Shown here in pieces: positions 46,964-56,900 of a stretch of 64,000 bases of DNA. Each line of letters opens with the position of its first letter. Position 1 is the first letter of the stretch. The notes beneath the pieces are model-generated. The model ran no database searches. It was not told where the DNA came from and saw only the letters and a program-made list of their open reading frames with translations. The stretch lies in NCBI GenBank assembly GCA_027622665.1, contig JAQBYT010000009.1:32001-96000 (forward strand), given 5' to 3'. Source of the DNA: Verrucomicrobiota bacterium. GTDB lineage: Bacteria > Verrucomicrobiota > Verrucomicrobiia > Opitutales > Seribacteraceae. The position numbers and the translations under genes were made by a program.

Positions 46964-47994
46964 CGTTTCTCCTTACGAGCTTCGGAGATGAGGCGTTGCA
47001 CGACCTCGGAACTTGTCATTCCTTCCGAACGAGCATGAAAGTTAGTTAGAATGCGGTGAAATAGTACGGGTTCGGCCACTGCTTCGACATCTTCCGTGCT
47101 TGCCATGTAATTCCCATGTAAAACGGCTCGAGCCTTGGCTCCGCGAATCAGAAATTGTACAGCTCTTGGGCCAGCTCCCCACTGCACCCACCTACGCAAC
47201 CAAGTAGGAGATTCATCGGAGTTCGGCCGAGTTCTGCGTACCAAGTCCACCGCCAGTTCATGCACGTGGTCGGGCACGGGGACTCGCTCTACCAATTCCT
47301 GGAACTCGCGAAGTTTCTTACCCGTAATTACCTTTTTCAATTTCGGAATATCCCCCGTCGTCGTTTCCTTGGATATTCGAATTTCCTCATCTCGAGAGGG
47401 ATATTCCACTTTGATGAGGAACATGAAGCGATCGAGTTGAGCCTCGGGCAAGGGATAGGTGCCTTCCTGTTCGATTGGGTTTTGAGTGGCCAAAACGAAA
47501 AACGGTTCGGGCAAAACATGGTGCTTACCGGCCACAGTTACCCGTTTTTCCTGCATTGCTTCCAATAGAGCCGACTGCGTCTTAGGTGGAGTTCGGTTGA
47601 TTTCATCGGCCAGAATCACATTTGCGAAGAGAGGCCCTTTGGCAAAAACGAATTCGCGTGCGAACCCTTCTCCTGTGGATTGGAGGATTTCGGTTCCCGT
47701 GACATCCGAGGGCATCAAGTCGGGAGTGAACTGGATACGACCGAAACTAAGTGAAGTCGTTTGAGCCAGAGAGTTGACCAGCAAAGTTTTCGCCAATCCC
47801 GGAACGCCCATGAGCAAGGCATGACCTCGCGACAACATACAGGTTAGCATTCGCTCGATGACTGCATCCTGACCGATGATGATTTTGCCCACTTCCGAGG
47901 TGATGTCGTCGTAGGAGGCGCGAAGTTCCTCGATAGCTTTGACGTCGCCCCCGGAAAGTTCCTTCGGGGTTTTGGTAGTGGTTTTAGTAGCCAT
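46960..47994 (-). CDS. moxR: MoxR-family AAA+ ATPase
   Basis: GVPGLAKT, RIQFTPDLMPSD, LADEINRTPPKTQSALLEAMQE, ATQNPIEQEGTYPLPEAQLDRF. Confidence 0.96.
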   Translation of the reverse strand: MATKTTTKTPKELSGGDVKAIEELRASYDDITSEVGKIIIGQDAVIERMLTCMLSRGHALLMGVPGLAKTLLVNSLAQTTSLSFGRIQFTPDLMPSDVTGTEILQSTGEGFAREFVFAKGPLFANVILADEINRTPPKTQSALLEAMQEKRVTVAGKHHVLPEPFFVLATQNPIEQEGTYPLPEAQLDRFMFLIKVEYPSRDEEIRISKETTTGDIPKLKKVITGKKLREFQELVERVPVPDHVHELAVDLVRRTRPNSDESPTWLRRWVQWGAGPRAVQFLIRGAKARAVLHGNYMASTEDVEAVAEPVLFHRILTNFHARSEGMTSSEVVQRLISEARKEKR

Positions 47995-48179
47995 AGTGGT
48001 TAAGGTTGTTGAATGGTAATTCAAGGAAGTGCAAGACGGGAGTCGCGAAAAGAATAGCTAAAATATATATTTAGTAGGTTGAATGTACTTCCTGTACAAT
48101 GCCGATGAAAACTGTCTTTATGCGACAGCTCTACTGTTTACTCTGGACTACCCTTTGCTTTCTCAATCAACGTTGCATC

Positions 48180-48389
48180 ATGAGATTGATTCAGCGAAAA
48201 TATAAGATTATCCGTGCTGCAACCTTAAAGGATTTAGGTGTTGAAGTTAATGAACTTCTTGAACGCGAGTACAAAGATACCGAGGGATACCTTTATGTTT
48301 CATCAGGACGTTGGCAGTGCCTTGGATCTCCTCTCAAGGAAGAAGATCGTTGGTTGCAAGCTGTCGTTTTTGTTCAAACTGAAGAATAG
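48180..48389 (+). CDS. Small DUF1737-like protein
   Basis: YKII..L..EVN.LL...W...G.P...W.QAVV pattern. Confidence 0.55.
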   Translation: MRLIQRKYKIIRAATLKDLGVEVNELLEREYKDTEGYLYVSSGRWQCLGSPLKEEDRWLQAVVFVQTEE

Positions 48390-48613
48390 TGTATTTATTA
48401 CTTTCAGGTAATGAGTGGTTTACGAGTGCGTGGGATGTTTTAGCTGAAAAACCTAATGTAACCCATTAGGTTATGCTGTGTAGTGGTGGAAAGTGAAATA
48501 AGACAAAATATCCATTGAATTGGAAATTATTTGAGTACATCCTTTTTCTTGTACGGAAATATGCGGTGCTAACTATTGTTGGCACATGCAAAAACCAAGA
48601 GACATATCCTATC

Positions 48614-48646
48614 AGCCGTCGGCTTGGGCAAGCCGGCGGCTTTTTT
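48614..48646 (+). terminator. Intrinsic terminator, possibly bidirectional
   Basis: AGCCGTCGGCTT-gggc-AAGCCGGCGGCT then a T run, 18 bp from the SDR stop. Confidence 0.75.
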
Positions 48647-48663
48647 ATGGCCACTTTAGTAGG

Positions 48664-49443
48664 CTAGATCGTCATTGCGGAATATCCACCGTCAACGATC
48701 AACTCGTGACCGGTTATGAAACTGCCCGCCTTGTCGGAGGCCAAAAGTAAGGTCGCTCCAATAAGTTCATCCTTATTGCCGAAACGGTCTATCGGGGTGT
48801 GCCTCATTATCGATTCGACTCGGTCGGGAGTCAGCACCATTTTATTTTGTTCGGCGGGAAAGAATCCGGGGACCAATACATTGACGCGCACCTTTTGCGT
48901 CGCCCACTCTCTGGCGAGGTTTTTGGAGAGGTTATGTACGGCTCCCTTTGTTGCGGAATAAGTGAATACTCGGGAGAGAGGGTTGAGTCCCGAGATTGAA
49001 CCTACGTTTATTATGCTCCCCCCTTCGCCACGCTCCACCATGTGTTTCCCGAAGGTTTGGCAGGCAAGAAATACGGCTTTGAGGTTTACGTCGAAAATTC
49101 TTTGGAATTCATCTGCCGGAATGTCGAAAAAAGGTGTTGGTGAATTTATGCCAGCTCCGTTTACCAGTATGTCAACCTTGCCCGACCTCTCAACCACGTG
49201 GTCAAGGAGGTTTTGCAAACTTTCGGTTTCTCCCACATCGCAAGGCTCGAAGTAAGCCGATCCTCCGGCTTCCTCGATTTCATTGATTTTTAGCTGAGCC
49301 TTTTCCTCGTTGCGGCCAACTACCACGACTTCGGCGCCGGCTTTTGCAAGTCCCGTGGCCATTGCCCCACACAATTCGCCGGTACCTCCAATGACGACGG
49401 CAGTTTTTCCCGATAGGCCAAAAAGTTCTTCTAGATAATTCAT
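48664..49443 (-). CDS. SDR-family oxidoreductase, D-mannonate oxidoreductase (UxuB)-like
   Basis: [29 protein letters not shown]. Confidence 0.85.
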   Translation of the reverse strand: MNYLEELFGLSGKTAVVIGGTGELCGAMATGLAKAGAEVVVVGRNEEKAQLKINEIEEAGGSAYFEPCDVGETESLQNLLDHVVERSGKVDILVNGAGINSPTPFFDIPADEFQRIFDVNLKAVFLACQTFGKHMVERGEGGSIINVGSISGLNPLSRVFTYSATKGAVHNLSKNLAREWATQKVRVNVLVPGFFPAEQNKMVLTPDRVESIMRHTPIDRFGNKDELIGATLLLASDKAGSFITGHELIVDGGYSAMTI

Positions 49444-49469
49444 GCTTTTGGTTTATGTGTTATCTTCAA

Positions 49470-50570
49470 TTAGCGTACCACTCGGGCTCCGCCTCCACCT
49501 TTAACTTTTTCGACTTCCTCTAAAGTGGCCATCGAGGTGTCTCCCGGAGTAGTCATGGCAAGAGCGCCGTGAGCGGCTCCGTATTCCACGGCTTCCCGAG
49601 GGTCGCCCGTGGCGAGAAACCCGTAGATGAGCCCCGATGCAAAACTGTCTCCGCCTCCCACACGGTCGAGAATTTCAAGATTCTCCCGATGGGTGGCTTC
49701 GTAAAAGTTTCCGTCCGCCCAGCAGATGGCCCCCCAGTCGTTTATTCCTGCCGACTTTACAGTTCTCAAGGTGGTGGCGGTAACCTTGAAGTTGGGAAAA
49801 GCGGTGACGGCCTGCTCGATCATGGTTTTGAACTTGTCCACCTCGATATTGGATATGTTTTCGTCCAAACCTTCTACTTCGAAACCGAGGCAAGCGGTGA
49901 AGTCTTCCTCGTTGCCGATCATTACGTCGACGTATTCGGCGATGCGACGGTTGACCTCTCTGGCTTTTTCTTGCCCACCAATTGACTTCCAGAGTGAGGG
50001 TCGGTAATTCAAATCGTAAGAGACAATGACTCCATGTTTCTGAGCTGCCCGAACTGCTTCGATGACGACCTCGGCGGAACTTTCGGAGAGGGCTGCAAAG
50101 ATACCTCCAGTGTGTAGCCAGCGCACACCTTGCTGCCCGAAAATCTCTTCCCAGTCGATATCCCCGGGCTTCATTTGAGAGGCGGCCGTATTTCCCCTGT
50201 CCGACGTGCCTGCAGCACCCCGCAGTCCGTATCCGCGTTCGGTGAAATTGATGCCATTGCGCACATCCCGTCCGATACCGTCGAAAGGCACCCAGCGTAC
50301 GAGGTCCGTATCTACTCCTCCTTGCAGTATGAAATCCTCGAGCAGGCGGCCAATGTCGTTGTCTGCGAAGGCTGTGGCGATTGCGGTTTTCAAGCCAAAG
50401 CAACGCCGCAGGCCTCGGGCCACGTTATATTCTCCGCCCCCTTCCCATACTTCAAAGGCGCGAGTGGTGCGGACTCGACCTTCTCCCGGATCGAGGCGAA
50501 GCATGATTTCTCCCAGGGAAACAAGATCCCAGCGGCATTCCTCGGCAGGACGTATATCTAAAACTGACAT
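49470..50570 (-). CDS. kdgK: PfkB sugar kinase, 2-keto-3-deoxygluconate kinase type
   Basis: GEIMLRL, GGGEYNVA, DLNYRPSLW, GNEED, DRVGGGDSF. Confidence 0.85.
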   Translation of the reverse strand: MSVLDIRPAEECRWDLVSLGEIMLRLDPGEGRVRTTRAFEVWEGGGEYNVARGLRRCFGLKTAIATAFADNDIGRLLEDFILQGGVDTDLVRWVPFDGIGRDVRNGINFTERGYGLRGAAGTSDRGNTAASQMKPGDIDWEEIFGQQGVRWLHTGGIFAALSESSAEVVIEAVRAAQKHGVIVSYDLNYRPSLWKSIGGQEKAREVNRRIAEYVDVMIGNEEDFTACLGFEVEGLDENISNIEVDKFKTMIEQAVTAFPNFKVTATTLRTVKSAGINDWGAICWADGNFYEATHRENLEILDRVGGGDSFASGLIYGFLATGDPREAVEYGAAHGALAMTTPGDTSMATLEEVEKVKGGGGARVVR

Positions 50571-50635
50571 GATGGAGTTTGTTTGGCTGAATATGGAATA
50601 GACTTAGCTAGAATTTTTGAATTGCGGTCCGAGTT

Positions 50636-51730
50636 TCAGGAGGCCACTGAAAGCCTGTTGCGATCCCACTTTTCCAAGCCACATTGTTCCGCGACTTCGT
50701 CGAACTCGTCGAGTTCTTTTTCGCTGAACAGAAGACCGCCGTTACGTTCCGAGCGTTCGGCAAAGCGCGCCTCGAGTTGACCGGGCATAAGACAGTTCTC
50801 GTTCCCTTCTTTGAGAATGTCGTCCAGAACAGCCTTGAGATTTTCGTTTTGCGTTCGTTGGTGAGCGAAGCATCCGGCGTCGAAGGCTTCCGGGTGAATC
50901 ACTTGAAAAAAGAAATTGCAGCAATACTTTTCGCCTGAGACGTTTCCCGGTATGCCGCGAAGAGTCGAGAGGGATCCTCCGGTCATGGCTCCGAGGATTT
51001 CGTTGAGAAGTCCTAGACCGTAGCCCTTGTGCGCGGCAAAGGGTAGGAGGGCTGCCGCGTCATTCGGGTCGGTGGTCGGTTGACCATCCTTGTCTACCGC
51101 TGCATTGGGAGGAAGTTGTTGGTTTTCCCGTTTGAGCTGTTGAACGCGACCCATGGCGATGACTGAGGTTGCCCAGTCGATGACTACGGGGAAACCGATG
51201 GCTTCAGTCGTTGGCAAGCCCCAAGAGTGAGGGTTTGTTCCCAAGGTAGGCGTTTTACCTCCAAAGGGCACGACCTCGGCGAGGGTGGAGGTGCAGTTTG
51301 TGTAGGCGTAGTAGCCTTTGTGGGCGGCGTGCATGACGTAACCTCCACCCCAAAGGTAATGAAAGGCATTGTCTATCGCCACGGTTCCCGAGCCATGCTT
51401 GTCCGCCATTTCGATGCAGGTGTCGATCGCTTTGTAGGCCACGGCTTGGCCGAGCTTCTTGTTGGCATTCCAAGTTTGGCAGGCATCGAAGCGGCTTTCC
51501 TTTACTTCAATGGTTGCGCCCGGCGTGCAACCACCCACGGCCGAACCGAATAATTCGTCCAAATGGAGAGCCTTGAGCGCGTTGTGGGTGCGAATGCCAT
51601 GCTTGGTGGCGTAAGCGGAAAAGGTTGCCGCTGCCGAGGATTCGTCCGAGTTGAAACCCCGGTGTTCGAAAACATTGCGCACGAGGGTATCGTGAGACTC
51701 TTGCGGTACGACGTAAAAAGTGTCTTCCAT
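50636..51730 (-). CDS. Ldh_2-family (malate/L-lactate/ureidoglycolate-type) oxidoreductase
   Basis: HGIRTH, PFGG...GTNP, DWATS, HKGYGL, PGQLE. Confidence 0.85.
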   Translation of the reverse strand: MEDTFYVVPQESHDTLVRNVFEHRGFNSDESSAAATFSAYATKHGIRTHNALKALHLDELFGSAVGGCTPGATIEVKESRFDACQTWNANKKLGQAVAYKAIDTCIEMADKHGSGTVAIDNAFHYLWGGGYVMHAAHKGYYAYTNCTSTLAEVVPFGGKTPTLGTNPHSWGLPTTEAIGFPVVIDWATSVIAMGRVQQLKRENQQLPPNAAVDKDGQPTTDPNDAAALLPFAAHKGYGLGLLNEILGAMTGGSLSTLRGIPGNVSGEKYCCNFFFQVIHPEAFDAGCFAHQRTQNENLKAVLDDILKEGNENCLMPGQLEARFAERSERNGGLLFSEKELDEFDEVAEQCGLEKWDRNRLSVAS

Positions 51731-51760
51731 GAGAAAGGGCAAAAGATAGGTTTAATTTAC

Positions 51761-52741
51761 TTATGAGGCAGGAGAAGGAATGGGAGCGTCGTTCGCTTGG
51801 GCCAATGGTTTCTCGCCTTTCAACACATGGATGAGATTGCGAACGGCCATGCCTGCCTGACGCTGAACCGATTCGTAGGTTCGAGAGCCGATGTGCGGAG
51901 TGATCACTGTGTTTGGGGCGGATAGCAACGGATGATCCGATGCCGGGGGTTCTTCTTCCATAACGTCTGTTCCGTAGCCTCCGAGCTTTCCGGATTCGAG
52001 AGCTTCCACCATGGCGGAGGAGTCGACTAATTCACCTCTTGCGCAGTTAAGAACGATAGCTCCGTCCTTCAGCGTGGCGAGGCTCTGAGCGTTCAACATG
52101 TAACGAGTTTCAGACGTCAGGTTGACATGTAAGGAAACTACGTCCGCGTCCGCCATCGTTTCGCCAAGCGAGGAACAACGTTTTACCTGGTGAGCATCGG
52201 CAAACTCCTCGTCCCAGTAAAGGTCGAAGGCCTTTACTTCCATACCGAAGGCTTTTGCTCGTATGGCGACTTCCTTGCCTATTCTGCCCAGACCCACGAT
52301 AGCGATGGTTTTACCCATGATCTCGTTGCCTGTAATACGTTTCCATTCTCCACTTCGGGTTACGTTGGCTTCCTCCACCAAGTTGCGAACCAGAGCCAGA
52401 AGAAGGGCAAAAGTATGTTCGGCAACCGTCGTATGGTTGACCCCGGGGCAAAAGGTGACGGGGATTCCCTTTGCCGTGGCGTGCTCCATATCGATCTTGT
52501 CTATACCTATTCCGTACTTGGCGATCACCTTGAGCCGTGGAAGCGCTTTGTCTATGACGCCCGCCGTGATTGAGTCGTCTCCGCAAAGAAAGGCGTCGAG
52601 GTCGCCGGCCAGTTCGAGCATTCGTTCTTCCGATAGCGGTCCGCGTTCACAGACGAGTTCATAGCCTTCGTCTGCAAGCAATTGATGATGTTCGCCTGGC
52701 GTATCTTGAAAAGAAGTAGTGGATACGAGTACTCGTAGCAT
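51761..52741 (-). CDS. D-2-hydroxyacid dehydrogenase, phosphoglycerate dehydrogenase-like, no ACT domain
   Basis: GIGIDKID, VAEH, GLGRIG, NCARG, DV..EP, TPHIGS. Confidence 0.9.
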   Translation of the reverse strand: MLRVLVSTTSFQDTPGEHHQLLADEGYELVCERGPLSEERMLELAGDLDAFLCGDDSITAGVIDKALPRLKVIAKYGIGIDKIDMEHATAKGIPVTFCPGVNHTTVAEHTFALLLALVRNLVEEANVTRSGEWKRITGNEIMGKTIAIVGLGRIGKEVAIRAKAFGMEVKAFDLYWDEEFADAHQVKRCSSLGETMADADVVSLHVNLTSETRYMLNAQSLATLKDGAIVLNCARGELVDSSAMVEALESGKLGGYGTDVMEEEPPASDHPLLSAPNTVITPHIGSRTYESVQRQAGMAVRNLIHVLKGEKPLAQANDAPIPSPAS

Positions 52742-52875
52742 AGGAAAAATCTCAATTAGTTAGGCTCGATCAACTGTCCTCGCAAGGTAAAAAGCCAGTT
52801 GCCATGGGTGCTTTACGCCTTTTGCTATATTTCAGACAAAAGCTGTCTCTCAATCAACCCAAAATCTAAATAACA

Positions 52876-53214
52876 ATGAGCAAAGGAATCAAGATTCTCA
52901 CATTTTTCGGATTGGCGTTAGGAGCATGGCTGGTAGCCCATGCCCAGCTTTCGCAACCACCCTCCGGTGGACCGCCATCCACTCCGCCAAAATTACCGAC
53001 CCGTATTCCGCCACCACCAAGTTTTTCCATGTCGGGTAGCGATACGGGAAAATTTCAAATCGTCAGCGCCGAGTACTATTCCCAAGATGCAAAGCCCTTT
53101 CTCTACAAGCGACTCGTGAAAGTCGATACCGAGACTGGCGAAGCTTGGGTTCTCCATTCCGCTAGGGGCGAACGTGGCGAAGTTCGCAAGTGGTTGCCTA
53201 TGCTTGGTCAGTGA
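52876..53214 (+). CDS. Small secreted Pro-rich hypothetical protein
   Basis: Signal peptide ending AHA, Pro-rich linker, KVDTETGEAW. Confidence 0.7.
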   Translation: MSKGIKILTFFGLALGAWLVAHAQLSQPPSGGPPSTPPKLPTRIPPPPSFSMSGSDTGKFQIVSAEYYSQDAKPFLYKRLVKVDTETGEAWVLHSARGERGEVRKWLPMLGQ

Positions 53215-53268
53215 GGTCTTTGCGTCGTGGTCTGGTCTAGAGACTTTACCGCATATTTGGCCAAAGTT

Positions 53269-53760
53269 CTAGTGCTCGCAAACGCAGGCGTATTCCTTGA
53301 AGTCGCAGGTAGGGCAGTCACTGAGGTTCAGGTTGAATTTTTCTGTTGTCGGATCGGATTCCTGAGTACTTTTAATTGTCACGAAGACAGGCAGAGCTTT
53401 GCCCTTTGGGAAGGATTGATTTGAAATTAGCGAGTCGCCGTCTTTTGAGAATTCGAGGTTAGTGGGGTTTGATCGGTTTCCACCAATTAAGGTGACGATT
53501 TGATCTCCGATGGGGACGACCTGCCCGTCCTTCACTGCCGAGATGCGAATTTTTAGATCTTCTTTGACGAGGAATTCGAGGTGAGGCGTTACTGAGGTGA
53601 TGAGTCGTCCGCCGTTGGGGCCACCTTCCTTTTGGTGTGTCGCGTGGTTATCCGGCTGAGCTTGATGGTGGTCACCTTCCCCGTTATCATTGCAAGATGA
53701 CCATAGAATGGTAGCCAGAGACGCCGTGATCGTGAAGATTTTTCGGGCCGTTTGTTTCAT
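53269..53760 (-). CDS. Putative metal-binding lipoprotein downstream of the czcA-like gene
   Basis: WSSC lipobox-like motif, His-containing linker, GGPNGGRL, C-terminal CPTC..EYACVCEH. Confidence 0.75.
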   Translation of the reverse strand: MKQTARKIFTITASLATILWSSCNDNGEGDHHQAQPDNHATHQKEGGPNGGRLITSVTPHLEFLVKEDLKIRISAVKDGQVVPIGDQIVTLIGGNRSNPTNLEFSKDGDSLISNQSFPKGKALPVFVTIKSTQESDPTTEKFNLNLSDCPTCDFKEYACVCEH

Positions 53761-53817
53761 TTTTGAATCTTTCTTATTTTGTTTGTGGTTTACCATTTTT
53801 ATAAAATCAATTGTCTG

Positions 53818-53927
53818 GATTGAGATCCTTGGCAAGTATCGATTCAACCGGTTTGCGACAGAATGCATAGAAGATTGAGATCCTTGGCAAGTATCGATTC
53901 AACCGGTTTGCGACAGAATGCATAGAA
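53818..53927. repeat. Exact 55 bp tandem duplication
   Basis: 53818-53872 is identical to 53873-53927 (GATTGAGATCC...GCATAGAA). Confidence 0.95.
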
Positions 53928-56900
53928 GAGGGAGGGTGTGACCGCGAGGCCGAGGAGAGTCGAAGTGACCAAGCCACCCACGATGGCGATGGCAACGGGT
54001 CCGAGGATTTCCCGTCCGGGTTCATGGAGGGCTAGAAGGATTGGGACGAGCGCGATACCGGCGGAGAGAGCCGTCATGAGGATGGGCGATAATCGTTCGA
54101 GTGTACCTCGTTCGATCATTTGTCGAGTGAAACCTTCCCCCTCATTACGCATGAGATGCAGGTAGTGGGTGAGGAGCATGATGTTGTTGCGCGCCGCAAT
54201 CCCGCTCACGGCGATAAAGCCGACCAAGGTGGCGATGCTTACATTGTCTAGCGTGTACTTGGTGTAGAGAACGGCGCCAACGAGAGAAACGGGAATGATA
54301 CCTAGGGTAAGAAAGGCAAGAGCGAAGCTTCGGTAGTGGCCGTAGAGAAGGAAGAAAACGAGAATGAGAAGAATTGTTGAAGCATAGAATATTGTCGAGG
54401 TGGCTTCTCGTTGCGCTTGGTATTCGCCTTCAAGGGAGATGGAGTAACCTTTTGGCAGTTTCACTTTTTCGGTAACTTCTCTTTGAAGGCGTTCGACCAC
54501 GGCATTGAGATTCTCTGTCGTTGGGTTGATGGAGACGACGAAGCGTCGTTGCGAGTTCTCTCGGAGGATCATGTTCGGTCCGGTTGCTCGACGTATGTCG
54601 GCGACCCGTTCGAGGGGGATTCGTTGACCGCTTAGAGTGTCAATGTAGGTTTGCTTGAGACGCTCCGGATTTTCCCTCCATTCCTGCGGAAGTCGCAGCA
54701 CAAGGTCGTATTTTCGTGTGCCCTCGTAGATTTCGGCGACTTTTTCGCCTGCCATGAGGGTCGCGAGTTCTTCGTTGAGGTCGCCGGGCACAACGCCATA
54801 GGCAAGAGCCCGTTTGCGATCCGGTTCTATTCGCAACTGTGGAACGAGGGCTTGTTGCTCGGTTCGGGCTTCCTCGAGACCAGGAATGCCGCGGGCGATG
54901 TCGGCGATTTGAGAACCGAGGCGGCGAAGTTCGTCGAGGTCCGGGCCAAACACCTTCACGGCAACTTTTGCGGAAACACCACTCAACATGTGTCCGACGC
55001 GGTCCGCGAGTGGTCCGCTCATAGAACTGAAGGTGCCGGGGATGCTGCGCATGTTTGTCCCAATATCTTCGGTGACTTCCTTTTGCTTCCGCCCCGCCGA
55101 TTTGTCGAACTCGATATCGAACTCAACGGTTGAGACCGGCACCACGTGATCTCCCCGTTCCGCCCGACCTGCTCGAAAACCCACGCTCTTGATTCCGGGG
55201 ATACCGAGGAGAAGGTCTTGGCCTACGTGGGCGAGTTCGGTGGTGGTCTTGAGCGACGTTCCCGGCGCTGTCGTCATGGCGACGACCGCCGAGGGTTCCT
55301 GAAAGGGCGGCAGGAAGTTCCCGCCCATGTTCTTGAATGATTGATAGCTAAACCAGAGCAGTCCTCCCATTATGGCCAATACCATGAAGGGCTGCGAAAG
55401 CGAGAAACGCAGCCAAGTAGCGGCAAAGGCGGACTTAACCCATCGGGTGAGAAAACTGTCTTTCGCTCGTGCTTTGCAAAGTTTATCCGGCAGGAGGTAG
55501 AAGCAGAGAACCGGGATGACTGTAAGGGCTACCAGAAAAGAGGCTGTCATGCTCACGATCGTGGCGATGGCGATGGGCGTGAACAGTCGGCCTTCCACTC
55601 CGCTTAGAGCGAAGAGAGGAAGGAATACGAGCACGATCAAAAGGGTGGCGTAGAATATGGATGAGCGTACTTCGCCCGAAGCGTCGGCGATGACTTTTAT
55701 TCTGGATTCGGGATTGGAAAGGGCAGCGTTTTCTCGTAGCCGTCGGAAAATATTTTCCATGTCTACGATGGCATCGTCGACTACCATGCCGATGGCTACG
55801 GCCAATCCGCCAAGAGTCATTGAGTTTACGCCGACACCGAGCAATTCGAACACTAATGCAGTGATCGCAAGAGAAAGAGGAATGGCGGTCAGAGTTATTA
55901 GGGTAACGCGAAAGTTGAGTAGAAACAAAAAAAGAACGATGCTGACTAGCAAAGCTCCGTCCAAAAGAGCTTTTTCTAGATTACCGACGGCGAGGTCGAT
56001 GTAGTCGCTCTGCTTGTACAGTGGAATTATTTCGGTGCCGGTTGGTAGTGAAGGGCCTAATTCCTTCAAGGCTTGTTCCAGTTGTCTCGTTAAGTCGAGG
56101 GTGTCGAATCCCGGAGATTTTCTAACGCTCATAACTACTCCGGGGTAACCTTTGGGGGCTTGGCCGGGGGCGTGCGTATCGCGCCGAACGCCCATTCCCG
56201 CATCCCCGCGCATGGGCTCGACGCCCCAAGCAACCTCGGCTACGTCGCGAATGCGAAGCGGTCGGTCGTTGCGATAAGTGACCACAATGTCTCCGATGGC
56301 ATCGAGATCTTTGGTCATGGCTAGGTTGCGAACCATGATCTCTTGAGTGCCTTCCGTGAGGAATCCGCCCGTGGTGTTTTTTACGGAAGCGGCAGTCGCC
56401 AAACGTAACTGTTCAAGGTTTACTCCGTGCCTTAGCATTTTTTCTGGATTTGGGCGCACCTGAACCTGTTTCACGCCACCTCCCATAGTCTGGATTTCAG
56501 CTATCCCCGGGATCGCCTGAAGACGGCGGGATACCACCCAGTCAGCGAGGGCTCGAAGCTCTCGAGGATTGGTTGCGCCTGTGGTGTCCCTCAATCCGAT
56601 AAGCATTACCTCGCCCATTAGCGATGTGACGGGGGTCAAGTGGGGACGGATTCCCGGAGGTAGTTCGGACGTCATGCTTGCGAGGCGTTCCTGAACGAAT
56701 ATCCGAGCATCGTAAATGTCCATGTCCCAATCGAATTCGACGAATACGAGTGAGAGCGATACGTCGCTTATGGAACGAAGACGATCCACGCCCGTCACGC
56801 CCATGAGGGCATTTTCGAGCGGTACGGTCACGAGAGTCTCGATCTCCTCGGGAGCGTATCCCGGAACCTCGGTAAGGAGGGTGACGGTCGGTTTCGTCAG

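Noticed and set aside
53818..53927. CRISPR repeat
   Set aside because: Two abutting copies with no spacer, inside a CDS, and no cas genes.
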